Part shown: positions 10,801 through 22,104 of the stretch, in pieces
Position numbering within the stretch: the stretch's first letter is position 1
Layout: every line of letters begins with the position of its first letter
Assembly: GCA_963769025.1 (NCBI GenBank)
Contig: CAVYKI010000003.1
Coordinates: forward strand, 352,001 to 416,000
From: an uncultured Verrucomicrobiae bacterium
GTDB taxonomy: Bacteria > Verrucomicrobiota > Verrucomicrobiia > Chthoniobacterales > Chthoniobacteraceae
Reading direction: 5' to 3'
DNA: 64,000 bases
Notes under the pieces: generated by a model
Seen by the model: only the letters and a program-made list of their open reading frames with translations
Told to the model about the DNA's origin: nothing
Database searches by the model: none
Translations under genes and position numbers: made by a program

Positions 10801-13800
10801 CTTCCGGGCGAGGAGGCCGATCTGGCCTTCGCCCTTCCGGCCCGTGCAGGCCCGGCGAGCGAAGCCGTTTCCGCGAAGCCGCTTTCGCGGAGCGCGGATT
10901 CCCACTGCGCGCGCTGGAGCAGCGGCTGCTCCGGGCGCAGGTCGCGGTCGGTGAAGCGCCACCAGCCGCTGGTCAGGCCGAAGACGGATTCCGTCCAGAG
11001 CTGCGGCGTGGCGACATCCATGAAGACGAGGCGTGCCGCCCGGCACGAGCAGCTCGTGCAGGTGCCGCAGCGCGGCGCGCACGTCGGCCACGGCGTGGAG
11101 CACGTTGGTGCCGATGATGAAGTCGAAGGAGCCCGGCTCGAAGCCCTGCTCGGCGCCGGTTTTTCGAGGTCGAAGATCTTGTATTCCACCTCGGGGAAGG
11201 CCGCGAGCTTCTGGTTCGCCGCCGGGGAAGAAGCCCGCGGAGACGTCGGTGAAGGTGTAGGAATGCAGGCCGCGCTCGAGCAGCGGCAGCACCTGCGCGC
11301 GCGAGGCCGCCGGTGCCGGCGCCGACTTCGAGGATGCGCAGGCCGCGTCCTTCCGGCAGATGGCGCGCGGCTTCCTGCACCGCGGCGGCGATGGCCGCCA
11401 TCCAGTGGCTGGTGAACAGGCCGTCGCCGTAGAATTGATCGAGCAACTCCGCGTCCGGGACCGCTGAAGAGAACCTGCACGGCATCTTTTTCGCCGCGCA
11501 GGATCGGGCCGAATTCGGCGCCGGTGGCCGCGCAGAGCAGGCCTTCCGGCAGGTGGCCCGGATGCTCCGCGATGAACGTCGCGCAGCGCCTCGTGCGCCG
11601 AGTCGGCCGCCTTGCCGAAATTTCGCCGTGGGCTTGTAAGTGCCGCCTTTGGCTGTGAGCAGGCCGCGGCTTGCCGAGCTTCGTCATCAGGCGCTCGAAA
11701 ACCGGTCTGCATCGGCTGCGGCGACGCCGAGCGACTCCGCGGTGAATCCCTTGCGCGACGACGGGTCGACGCCCATCTCGCGCAGGCCATGCGCGAGCTG
11801 CACGGCGGCGAGATCGTCCTCGGCGGCCATGCAGCGCCTCGAGCTTCGGCACGACCCCGCAGGCTGACGACGTCTTCGAAGCGCACTCGACGGCGACATC
11901 CCGGAGACGCGCGAGCGGCAGCGGGCTGCTGCGGCGCGGGAGCCATCGTGGACGGCGTGCGCTCCCACCCGACGTGGTAAACCAGATCGCGGCCTCCGCC
12001 GGACGCGCCGGGGCGGCGGGCGGCCGTGCACGCTGATGGCGCGGAAGCCATCCACCAGCACGCACGGCTGGTCCGGCCTCGTCATAGAGCGCGATCCGGC
12101 CTTCGATGAGTTCCTCGTTGAACTGCAGCACCCGCGCGGTGACGCGCGCTGGCAGCGCCGGGCGAGCGCAGGAAAAGGATGCGCGCGAAACGCACCGGCA
12201 GCTTCATCTTCGCGCGGCGATCCTCGATCGTTTTCGCGCCGGCGGAGAAGACGTGCAGCGCGCCATCGAGGAGCACCGGATGCAGCGCATACTCCGGCGC
12301 GCGGCCCGCGCTTTTCTCCGAAAGCGACACCTTGCCCGCGGACTTTCCGCCGCCCGCGAACAAGCTCGCGGACCGCGCGGAACTCGTCGCCGTAGCGCAG
12401 CCCGAGATCGCTCATGTGGCCGTAGAACTGCCCGATGCCTTCGCGGCTCGAGTTCGCTCCCCGGCGTTTCCCAAGTCGTCGCGCCAAAGGACGACTCCGT
12501 GCGCTCGCCGCGCATCGAGCCGACGACATGCACCGACCACGACGCCGCCTGCTCGAAGCGGCTCTGGATCGTGAAGGTGCGCTCGCTCGGCTCGTAGGTC
12601 AGCTCGAGCGACACGCCCGACGCGGGCTCGGGCAGGATGAGCGGCTTGCGAATCTCAAAGTCCTCGATGACAAACGGACGGCCCTCGAACAATTGCACGC
12701 CGGCTTCCAGCGCCATTTCGACAAAGGCCGCGGCGGGAAAGATGACGTGGCGTCTCGACCTTGTGATCCTTGAGGAACGCCATGTGGCGGGCGTCGAGAC
12801 GGGCGGTCCACGTCGGCGTCGCGCGCGGCAGGCGCGATGTCGAGCAGGCCGCGGCCGCCGGGGCCGAGGCGGCCTTCGCGCCAGTCGCTGGATTCATTCC
12901 ACCAGCGGCTCCTGTCCCACGCGTAGGCCGGGAGCGAGAGCAGGCGGCGCGAGGGCGTCATCGCCGCGAAATCGAGCGCGCACGCCGGCGCGATGCAGAT
13001 CCATCGCGGTTTCGAGCAAGGACTCGTGCTCGCGTTCGCGGCGGGCGGAGGAGAGGACGGGCGGCCTTCGCTGCCGCCGCGCGGCGAGGCATTCCTGGAT
13101 GGAATGGACGAGCGCGGGATGCGCGCTGATTTCCAGCCAGACATCGACGCCGAAGTCGGCCAGCGCGCTGACCGCGGGCGCGAACTGCACGGGCTGGCGG
13201 ATGCCGCGGCCCCAATGCGCGGCGTCGCAATCTTTGCCGGCGCAGACGCGTCGCCGGTGACGGTGCTGAAAAACGGAACGGTCTCCGCCTGCGGCTCGAG
13301 ATCGCCGAGCGCCGCTCTCGAGCGCATCGGCGGCGGGCTGCATCAGCGCGTGATGGAACGGATGATCCACGCGCACGAGCCGCGCGAAGACGCCCTGCGG
13401 CTCCAGTTCGGCGAGCATGGCCTCGAGCGAGACGCGCGGGCCGGAGAGGGTCAGCGAGCGCGGGCCGTTGAAGGCGGCGATGGTGCACCGTGCGGTCGTG
13501 GCGGCGATCAGCGCGCGCGCCTCTTCCTCGGCGAGACCGACGGCGAGCATGGTGCCTTCGCCGCGGGCGCATTCGTCCATGAACTGGCGCGCAGCACGAT
13601 GATCGCGCGCGCCTTCCTCCAGGCTGAGAACGCCGGCGACGCAGGCCGCGGCGATTTCGCCGACGCTGTGGCCGACGATGGCGGCGGGCTGCACGCCCCA
13701 GGACTTCCACAGCTCCGCGAGCGCGACCTGCATCGCGAAAATCGCGGGCTGCGCGATTTCCGTGCGGCTGCATCTGCGATGTTCTTCCTCGGTGCGCCCG

Positions 13801-15590
13801 AGTTCCTCGAGCAGCGAGAACTGCGCCTACGGCGCATCGCCGCGTCGCAGCGCTCGATGGTCTCGCGGAAGACCGGCTCGTGCCGCATGAGCTCGCGGCC
13901 CATGCCCCACCATTGCGGACCCTGGCCGCTCATGACGAAGGCCGACGCGCGGCGCGTGCTCCGGACGCGGGGTGAAGGACGGTGCGGACCTTCGGCCCGG
14001 TCGCTGCCGGCCGGCGAAGGCCTCGAGTTCCTGCGCCAGTTCGCTCGAGCGACTGCGCGACCACCGTGAGGCGGTGCGAATGGTGATTCCGCCGCGCGCC
14101 GAGCGTGTAGGCGAGATCGGGCAGCAGCGGCGGAGCTGCCATTGCGCGTTCGCGCGCTCCTCGAGCCACGCGCCGAGCTGCGCGGCGGATGCCGCGCAGC
14201 GCTTCCTCGGAACGCGCGGAGAGCACGAGCGGCCAGCGCACGTTCGGTGGCCGGGCTCGGGATGCTCGGGCGCGCGGACGTGCGGGGGCTTCCGCGAGGA
14301 TGACGTGCGCATTCGGCGCCGCCGAAACCGAAGGAATTGACGCCGACCATGCGCGGCCCGTCCGTCTCGGGGAACGGCTCCAGCGTCGTCGGCACGCGCA
14401 GCTTCAGCTCTGCGAAGTCGATGTGCGGGCTCGGCGTCTTGAAGTGCAGGCTGGCGGGGATCTGGCCGTGCTTGAGCACGAGCAGCCGCCTTGACCAGGC
14501 CGGCGACGCCGGCGGCGGTTTCGAGGTGGCCGAGGTTGGTCTTCACCGAGCCGATCGGCAGCGGCTTGTCCGCGGGGCGGTCCACGCAGAGCGCCTCGGC
14601 GAGCGCGTGCGCCTCGATGGGATCGCCGACCGCGGTGCCGGTGCCGTGCGCTTCGACGAAGCCGACTTGCGAAGGCGCGATGCCCGGCGTCCTTGCAGGC
14701 GTCGCGCACGAGCCGGGCCTGCGCCTCCGGGCTCGGGAGCGAGATGCCATTGGTGTGGCCGTCCTGATTCATCGACGGTGCCGACGATGACGCCGTGGAT
14801 CGGGTCGCCGTCCGCGATGGCCTGCGAAAGGCGCTTGAGCAGCACCATGCCCGCGCCTTCGCCGCGCACGAAGCCGCTGGCCGACGCGTCGAACGCCTCG
14901 CAGCGCCCCTCGGGCGAGAGCATGCCGGCCTGCGAAAATCCGATGAATCCGCCGGGCGTGATCATCACCGTCACGCCGCCCGCCAGCGCCACGTCGCCGC
15001 GGCCGCGTCCAGATGTGCTCGCACGCCGACATGCACGGCGGTCAGCGCGGAGGAGCAGGCCGTGTCCATCGCGACGCTCGGGCCGCGGAGATTGAAGCAG
15101 TACGAGATGCGATTCGCGGCGATGCTGTGCGCGCTGCCGGTGGGCGAGTGCGGCGCTGATGCCCGAGCGAATCCGCACGGCGTGCCCTGGATGATCTGGT
15201 AGTCGTTGTGCGAGATGCCCGACGAAGACGGCGATGTCGGTGCCCTTCTCGAGATCGAGCACGAGCCCGGCGTCTTCGATCGCCTCCCAAGCCGTCTCCA
15301 GCAGCAGACGCTGCTGCGGATCGACGTAGGGCGCTTCGCGCGGCGAGATGCCGAAGAACTGCGGATCGAACTGGTCGATCTGACTCCAGAAATCCGCCGC
15401 GCTTGGCGATCGATTTGCCGGCGATGCCCGGCTCCGCATCGTAGAAGCGCTCCACGTTCCACCGGTCGGCCGGCACTTCGCAGACCGCCTCGCGGCCCTC
15501 GGTCAGCAGCTTCCAAAATGATTCCGCGTCGTTGACGCCGCCGGGAAAGCGGCAGCCGATTCCGATGATGGCGATACCTTCTTTGGACAT
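7794..15590 (-). CDS. Single-module highly reducing type I PKS, KS-AT-DH-cMT-ER-KR-ACP (many frameshifts)
   Basis: [156 protein letters not shown]. Acidic C-terminal tail [13 protein letters not shown]. Confidence 0.93.
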
Positions 15591-15597
15591 TGAGGGA

Positions 15598-15606
15598 AGC
15601 ATAGCA
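15598..15606 (-). promoter_or_regulatory. Putative extended -10 (TG-C-TATGCT) 7 nt upstream of the PKS ATG, suggesting a leaderless transcript
   Basis: The minus strand reads GATGCTATGCTTCCCTCAATG, with no Shine-Dalgarno before ATG 15590. Confidence 0.45.
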
Positions 15607-15811
15607 TCCGGCTCGCCACTCGCGTCACGCGCATTTTTCAGATGCGAACCGTTGCGGAAGGGGTCCCGCGGTGTATTTTCGTGCGCGCCGTTGGAGGCGT
15701 TAAGTTTGGCCATTCACCGCTGAATCGCGGCCGGCCGGCGTTCTGGCTGTGCAAAGATGTCAGATTAATACGGATTGGCCGGCGACGAGCGGCGAAGTAC
15801 AAGGAATCATC

Positions 15812-17810
15812 ATGTGCGGCATCGCAGGAATCATCGATCTCGTCCGGGCACCGACCCGTTCCGGAGGGGGCCATCCAGGCGATGTCCCGGGCGCTCTTCC
15901 ATCGCGGGCCGGATGAGGAGGGCTTCCTCCTGCGCCCGGGGCTGGCGCTGGCGTCGCGGCGGCTGAGCATCGTCGGGCCTCGCGGACGGCCAGCAGCCGA
16001 TGTCGAACGAGGACCGGAGCGTGTCCGTGGTGTTCAACGGCGAGCTTTTCGACCACGTCGAAAGGCGGGCCGAGCTGACGGCCGCGGGCATCGCTCGCAC
16101 ACGCATTGCGACACGGAGATCATCCCGCACCTGTGGGAGGAGCATCAGGAGGGGATGTTCGAGCGGCTGCGCGGACAGTTTGCGATCGCGCTGTGGGATG
16201 AAAGGCGGCGGCAGCTCATGCTCGGGCGCGACCGCTTCGGCATCGCGCCGCTCTACTGGACGCGGCAGGGCGACTGGCTGCTCTTTGCCTCGGAGATCAA
16301 GGGCCTGCTCGCCTCGGGAATGGTGCCGGCGAAGCCCGATCTGCGCGGGCATCGATCACATGTTCACCTTTTCCGCCATGCCGGGGCCGGTGACGTGTTT
16401 CGAAGGCGTGCAGCTTCTGCGCGCCGGGCCACTTTTTGGAGATCACGCCGGGCGACGCAAGGCGGCACGGCGCCTGCCGTCAGCGAGCGCGCCTATTGGG
16501 AGATGGACTTCCCGGATCAGGGCGACGAGGATCCGGGCGACGATCCGCAGAAGCTGGTGGATGAGTTTGAGCAGGTCTTGCTCGGAGCGGTGGAAAAACG
16601 GCTGCGCGCCGATGTGCCGGTCGGCGCGTACCTCTCGGGCGGGCGTGGATTCGAGCATGATCGTGGCGCTGGCCTGCAAGCTGAAGGGCCCGGCGATCAA
16701 CACCTACACCATCCGCGTGGACGACCCCGCGCTCGACGAACTCAGCGCGGCCAATCTTTCCGCCCGGCACATCGGCACCAAGCCGCCGATCGTGCAGGAC
16801 TTCCGCGCCGACGACGCGCTGGCGACCTATCCCGAGCTGATCCAGGCCGCCGAGGCGCCGGTCATCGACACCTCCTGCGCGGCGCTGCTGCAGCTCGCAA
16901 AGCGCGTCCACGCCAGCGGCCAGAAGGTGGTGCTCACCGGCGAAGGCGCCGACGAATGGCTGGTCGGCTATCCTTGGTACAAGGCTGGACCAAGCTGATG
17001 GGCATGCTCGATGTCATCCCCGGCCTGCGGCTGAGCGACGTGGCGCGCCGCGCGTATCTCCGGCTGAACAACGTGCCGCAATTTTCCCCGTGCGTCGCGC
17101 GCGGCGTGGAGGAATCCATCGGCGGGCCGAATGCGTGGATCGATTCCTACGGCCTGCTCGCGCTCTCGAAGCTGCGCTTTTACGCCGAGCCGATGCGGGA
17201 AGTGCTGCGACAAGACCGGCCCGTGGGCCGAACTCGGCATCGATCTGGAACGCGCCAAGCGCTGGCATCCGCTGAATCGCGGCATCTGGGTCGGCGGCAC
17301 GCGTCACGCTCGCCGGACATCTGCTGCAGGCAAAGGGCGATCGCGTGGCCATGCATTCCTCGGTGGAAGTGCGCTACCCGTTCCTCGACGAGGACGTCTT
17401 CGATTTCACCGCGAAGCTGCACCCGAACTGGAAGCTGCGCGGCTTCCGCGACAAACACCTGCTGCGCCTGCTCGCCGAGCGCTGGCTGCCGCCGCAGATC
17501 GCCCGCCGCAGCAAGGTCATCTTCCGCGCGCCGCTGGACAGCTTCCACATGGACCCCGAGCCGAAATTCGTCGCGGAACTCCTGAGCGAGGAATCGCTGC
17601 GCCGCACCGGCTATTTCGACATCGCCGGAGGTGCAACACTGGCGGAAAGACTTCCGCAAGATGCGCGCCGGCTCGCTGCCGCGCCTCTCGGTGGAGATGG
17701 GCCTGTGCGCCGTCGTCGCGACGCAGCTCTGGCATCACACATTCATCGACGGCTCGCTTGCCGACCTGCCCACGAGGGCGGGTTCCGGCAACACGGTGCA
17801 GCCGCGCTGA
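15812..17810 (+). CDS. asnB: Asparagine synthase (glutamine-hydrolysing)-family amidotransferase (frameshifted)
   Basis: AAGGA RBS at 15801. MCGIAGIIDL (Ntn Cys), HRGPD, VVFNGEL, GRDRFGIAPLY, FASEIK, YLSGG-VDSS PP-loop, VLTGEGADE, SVEVRYPFLD, ending LWHHTFIDGSLADLP...TGA 17810. Confidence 0.9.
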
Positions 17811-17931
17811 ACGACATCGCGGCAACCGATGTGCGGACGGATACATCCGACATGTCCACCGCCCGCGATAGGAAGGCGGAGGGCTACAGTCGCTGCGGAT
17901 CATTCCGGCTCACAGCAGCCCGACCCTTGTC

Positions 17932-18165
17932 ATGAAACGAAACATCCTCATCGGCGGCGCGGCAGAAACCGGAGAAGCGGGTCCTTTCCAAACGGGACAG
18001 GGGCCAGCGGAGGACACCCTTTCTCTGTCCCCTCCTGCCAAACCGACGCAGGTCATCACACGAATGATCCTCCGGCTCCCCTCCGCGCCGGCGCTCCCGG
18101 GTGAAGGTGCCGTCGCGAGCGAGAGTCCGGCCGCCGAACCGCTGAAAGTCGACACGGGCTGCTAA
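17932..18165 (+). CDS. Small hypothetical protein
   Basis: 77-aa ATG ORF filling the gap, co-oriented 31 nt before the next gene. No recognisable motif. Confidence 0.3.
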   Translation: MKRNILIGGAAETGEAGPFQTGQGPAEDTLSLSPPAKPTQVITRMILRLPSAPALPGEGAVASESPAAEPLKVDTGC

Positions 18166-18196
18166 TTCGGATCCCCAACTTCAAGCCCCATATCCC

Positions 18197-18784
18197 ATGT
18201 CCAAGACCGCCGTCATCTGCATCACCCAGTCCCGCCTCCAGACCGAGCGCATCATCGATCGGCTGAATGTGTGGGGCTTCGCCTACTCGGACATCTCGGT
18301 GCTCATGCCGGAGGGCGATGCGGAGCACGGCATCGGCCACGTGAAGGCGAGCAAGGCGCCGGAAGGCACCGCCGCGGGAGGCATCACCGGTGGAATCGCG
18401 GGCGGAGTCATCGGGCTGCTCGCGGGCCTCGGTGCGCTCGCCGTCCCCGGTGTCGGGGCGTTCATCGCGGCGGGGCCGATCATGGCGGCGCTCAGCGGTG
18501 CCGCGCTCGGAGCTGCGACCGGGGGAGTCCTCGGAGGCCTGATCGGGCTCGGCATTCCGGAGATCGAGGCAAAGATTTACGAGGAAAAACTCAGGACGGG
18601 CAACTACCTCATCGCGGTCCACGCGCTGGATGAGGAGCAAATCGCGCAGGCCAGCGACATCTTCGAGGAAGCCGGTGCGCAGGACATCTGCACCACGAAG
18701 GAGGCGTCGCTCCCCAAGCAGGCAACGGCCGCGAATCCGCCGACAGTTCAACGCGGACAAGTGTACGGCCACGGCGTTCACTGA
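18197..18784 (+). CDS. Glycine-zipper membrane protein, general stress protein (YflT/17M-like)
   Basis: GFAYSDISVL...SKAPEGTAAGGITGG...LAVPGVGAFIAAGPIMAAL...GLIGLGIPEIEAKIYE...LIAVH. Confidence 0.75.
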   Translation: MSKTAVICITQSRLQTERIIDRLNVWGFAYSDISVLMPEGDAEHGIGHVKASKAPEGTAAGGITGGIAGGVIGLLAGLGALAVPGVGAFIAAGPIMAALSGAALGAATGGVLGGLIGLGIPEIEAKIYEEKLRTGNYLIAVHALDEEQIAQASDIFEEAGAQDICTTKEASLPKQATAANPPTVQRGQVYGHGVH

Positions 18785-18865
18785 CGCACTGTCGCACCCC
18801 TCGCCGCCATCCCGCTTCCCATACGGCGGAAAGGCTGCGGCGCGGGACAATTCCGCGGCCAGCGT

Positions 18866-20518
18866 TCATGCCCCATCGCGGCTCCGCAACAGCTCGCGGA
18901 GGCGATCCAGATCCACGGGCTTCACCATGTATTCGTCGAAGCCCGCGGCCTTCGCCTTGGCGCGATCTTCATCGCTGCCGTAGCCGCTCATCGCCACGAG
19001 GAATGCGCCGGCGAGTGCAGGCATGGCGCGGAGGCGGCGCGCGACTTCGAAGCCGTCCATGCCGGGCAGGCCGATGTCGAGCAGCACCACGTTCGGTATG
19101 AATTCGGCGGCGGCGGCGACGGCATCCGGGCCGGTGAATGCGGTGCGCGTCTCGTGGCCGCGCCTTTTCTGGAGGATCGCCATGCTGCGCGTGGAGTCCT
19201 CGTTGTCGTCCACGATGAGGATGCGGCGCGGCGTCTCGCGCGCGGCGGGCGCGGACGGTGCGGGGACCGCGACCGGCAAGGCGAGGATGGGAAGGCGGAC
19301 GGTGAATTCGCTCCCGCACGTGAGGCCCTCGCTGCGCGCCTCGACGGTGCCGCCGTGCGACTGCACGAGCCGCCGCACGAGCGTGAGCCCGATGCCCAGC
19401 CCGCCGTGCTCGCGATCCAGCGAGCGGGTGGACTGCACGAAGAGATCGAAAATGTGCGGCAGCAGTTCGGGCGCGATGCCCATGCCGTCGTCGCTCACGC
19501 GCACGATCACCTCGGGCGCTCCGCCCCCGGCGGCGCGCTCGGCGCTCAGCCGGATGTGGCTGCCGGTGTAGCTGTACTTGCAGGCGTTCGTGAGAAGATT
19601 GCCGAAGACCTGTTCGAGCCGCGTGGAGTCCGCATTCAAGAAAATCGGCTCGGCGGGCAGCGAGACCGCCAGCTCCTGGCTGCGCGCCGCGATGCCCGGA
19701 CGCGCGATGCTCGCCGCGGCGTTCAGGATTTCCGCGAGCGCGGTGGGCTGCCGGCGCAGTTCGATTTTCCCCGCGGTGATGCGCGACACGTCGAGCAGGT
19801 CGTCGAGCATCCGGGCCATGTTATCGATCTGCCGTGCCATGATGGCCTGGGCCTCCGCGCGCTCCGCGGCCTCCGCGCCGGGGGTGCGCAAGATCTCCGC
19901 CGCGTTGCGCAGCGGCGCGAGCGGGTTGCGCAGCTCGTGCGCGAGCATGGCGAGGAATTCATCCTTGCTGCGATCGGCCTGCGCCATCTCCAAGGCGCGC
20001 ACGACGAGCGAGTCTTCCAGCGCGCGACGCTCGGAGATGTCGGTGAAATAGCAGACCACGACGTGCTCGCCGCCGGGCAGGGTGACGCGCTGCATTTCCC
20101 ATTCGTAGGATTGCACCGCGCCGATGTCCTGGCGGCGCTCGGTGAACGGAGGCGAGAGGTACTTTTCGCCGGTCTTCAGCGTGCGCCGGAAGATGTCCGC
20201 GATCTTCCCGCCGACTTCCGGGCCCCAGAGGATCCGGATGACTTCGGAAAAGTCGCGGCCAATCAGCGGTTTGACCGTGGCGAAGACCGGCATCGCGCGA
20301 CGGTTCACCTGCTGCACGCGGAACTGGGCGTCCACCACGTACATCCCGAACGGCGCCTGCTCGACGAGGCTGGAGAACAGGCCCTCGCTGGCGCGCAGTT
20401 GCGCATTCAGCTTCTGCGCCGCCTCCGCGAGCTCATGCTGCCGCACGGAGCCGAGCATCAGCGCCTCGTTCATCGCGAGCAATTTTGCCTGGAGCTGTGC
20501 GGCTTCGTCCATGGGCAT
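18866..20518 (-). CDS. Cytoplasmic hybrid sensor histidine kinase (PAS-HisKA-HATPase-REC)
   Basis: H-box FLAMLAHELRNPL, N-box NLLTNACKY, DDGMGI, GGLGIGL. REC motifs ILIVDD, LLDIGLPGMDG, VKPVD. No transmembrane segments. Confidence 0.95.
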   Translation of the reverse strand: MPMDEAAQLQAKLLAMNEALMLGSVRQHELAEAAQKLNAQLRASEGLFSSLVEQAPFGMYVVDAQFRVQQVNRRAMPVFATVKPLIGRDFSEVIRILWGPEVGGKIADIFRRTLKTGEKYLSPPFTERRQDIGAVQSYEWEMQRVTLPGGEHVVVCYFTDISERRALEDSLVVRALEMAQADRSKDEFLAMLAHELRNPLAPLRNAAEILRTPGAEAAERAEAQAIMARQIDNMARMLDDLLDVSRITAGKIELRRQPTALAEILNAAASIARPGIAARSQELAVSLPAEPIFLNADSTRLEQVFGNLLTNACKYSYTGSHIRLSAERAAGGGAPEVIVRVSDDGMGIAPELLPHIFDLFVQSTRSLDREHGGLGIGLTLVRRLVQSHGGTVEARSEGLTCGSEFTVRLPILALPVAVPAPSAPAARETPRRILIVDDNEDSTRSMAILQKRRGHETRTAFTGPDAVAAAAEFIPNVVLLDIGLPGMDGFEVARRLRAMPALAGAFLVAMSGYGSDEDRAKAKAAGFDEYMVKPVDLDRLRELLRSRDGA

Positions 20519-20525
20519 TTCGCAG

Positions 20526-22093
20526 CTACCGTTTGGCCTTCGGTTCCGGCGCGGCTTCCTGGTTTTGCGCCATGCGCGGTCCGGTGCGCGTGGGGATTCC
20601 GGTGGTCAGCCCTTCGTAGTCCGTGCTGCGCGGACCGATGACGACGACGCCTTTGTCCGTGATGACATATTCGCGGATGTCCTTGCTGTGGTTCCCGCCG
20701 CGCATCTTGATCACGACCATCACCTTGCGGAGCTGGCCGTCGATCTCCACGTAGCGCATGCGGATGATGTCGTCGGTGAGAAACGAGATCGCGTACTGGC
20801 TGAACGGCATCGCGGTGAAGGTGTCCTCCACTTCCACCGTGCTGAGGATCGTGACCCCGACGCCGGTGAGCGCGCTGATCATCCGGTAGAGCGATTCGCG
20901 AAAGTCCGCGCGGAAGCCGGGCGCGAGCGCCATCTCGAATCCGACGAGCGAATCAATGACCAGCCGTTTCGCGCCCACGCGTTCGATGGCATCGAGGATT
21001 TCCTGCATGGTTTCATCCACCGAGAGATCGAGGGGACGGAGATAGAGGAGTTCGAGTTTTCCATTTGCTGCGGCGCCTTGAGATTCAGCCCGAAGCTTTC
21101 GGCGCGCTCGGTGTAGCCGTGCGGGCGCTCCTCGAAAATCGCCATGATGCCCGGTTCGCCGCGGCGCAGTCCCTCGGCGATGAATTGAGTGGCCAGCGCG
21201 GATTTTCCCGTGCCCGAGGGCCCGGCGATGAGGAGGCTGTCGCCTTCGAGCAGCCCGCCGCCGAGCATTTTGTCCAGCTCCGGGACGCCGATGGAAAGCC
21301 GCGGCGATGCGCAGGCTGCACCCTTTTTCCGACGAGGCCCAGCGTGCGCGAGAAGGCCTGCAGGCCCGCCGCACTGATGCGGACGGTGTGCAGCCCCGGC
21401 ACGGATTCCTGCCCGCGCAGCTTCATGATTTGCAGTTTGCGCACCACGGAATTCCGCTCCGCCACCTGCGAGAGCCAGAGCAGCCCGTCGGCGACGGTGA
21501 AGACGGGATTGTCGCGGATCTCCTCGTGGACATATTCGCCGACGAGAAACGTGGTCGCCTGCCAGCTCGTGAGAAATTGCGCGAGGCGCTGGATGAAATC
21601 CTGCATCTGGAATTCGCTCGCGCCGCTGATGGCCTTGCGCACCACGGTGCGGAAGGAATCCACCACGACGATGCCCGGGTTCATCGCCGCGACCTGCTTC
21701 GATGATTTCCTCGAAGACCGCTTCCAGGTCCTGCTCCATCACCAGGTCGCTCAGGTTGATGAAGCGGATGGCCTTGCCGAGCTTGGATGCGTCGAAGAAG
21801 GAATATTGCTGCTGATAGCGCAGCATCTTCAGCGCGGGTTCGCCGAGGACGGTGAAATAGAGCGCGGGCCGCTTCACGGTCGCATTCGCAAAAACGATCT
21901 GGTGCGCCAGCGTGGTTTTGCCGCAGCCGGGCGTGCCCGCGATGATGTTGAAGGAAAACTCCGGGATGCCGCCGCCGAGGATGTCGTCGAGCCCGCGCAC
22001 GCCGGTCGGCATTTTGCGAATCGTGACCTTGGCGGGCTGACTCGCCGCCTTCGCCGGCAGTTTGGATTTTTTGGCAGCGTTTTTCTTTTTCAT
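20526..22093 (-). CDS. KaiC/RAD55-like double RecA-domain ATPase (frameshifted)
   Basis: TGVRGLDDILGGG, GTPGCGKT, IVVVDSF, RKLQIMKLRG. Second domain GVPELDKMLGGG, GPSGTGKS, IFEE, RLVIDSL, VIKMRGGNH. Pieces lie in ORFs 20879..22093, 21085..21684 and 20526..21374. Confidence 0.9.
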
Positions 22094-22104
22094 GTTCTGT
22101 GTCC

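Noticed and set aside
8913..12131. 1072-aa and other long Arg/Ala/Pro-rich ORFs across the PKS
   Set aside because: Off-frame mosaics of the frameshifted PKS. High GC suppresses stop codons.
7794..17810. Calling the PKS, C domain and asnB pseudogenes, or programmed frameshifting
   Set aside because: The indels are numerous with no consistent slippery motif, and catalytic motifs are intact. Sequencing error is more parsimonious but unproven without reads.
15812..18165. Lasso-peptide cluster (AsnB-like cyclase + small ORF as precursor)
   Set aside because: The AsnB retains a full Ntn glutaminase with Cys, there is no B1/B2 peptidase, and the 77-aa ORF lacks a lasso leader/core pattern.
20526..22093. 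Circadian clock locus
   Set aside because: No kaiA or kaiB, and the S/T phosphosite pair is incomplete.
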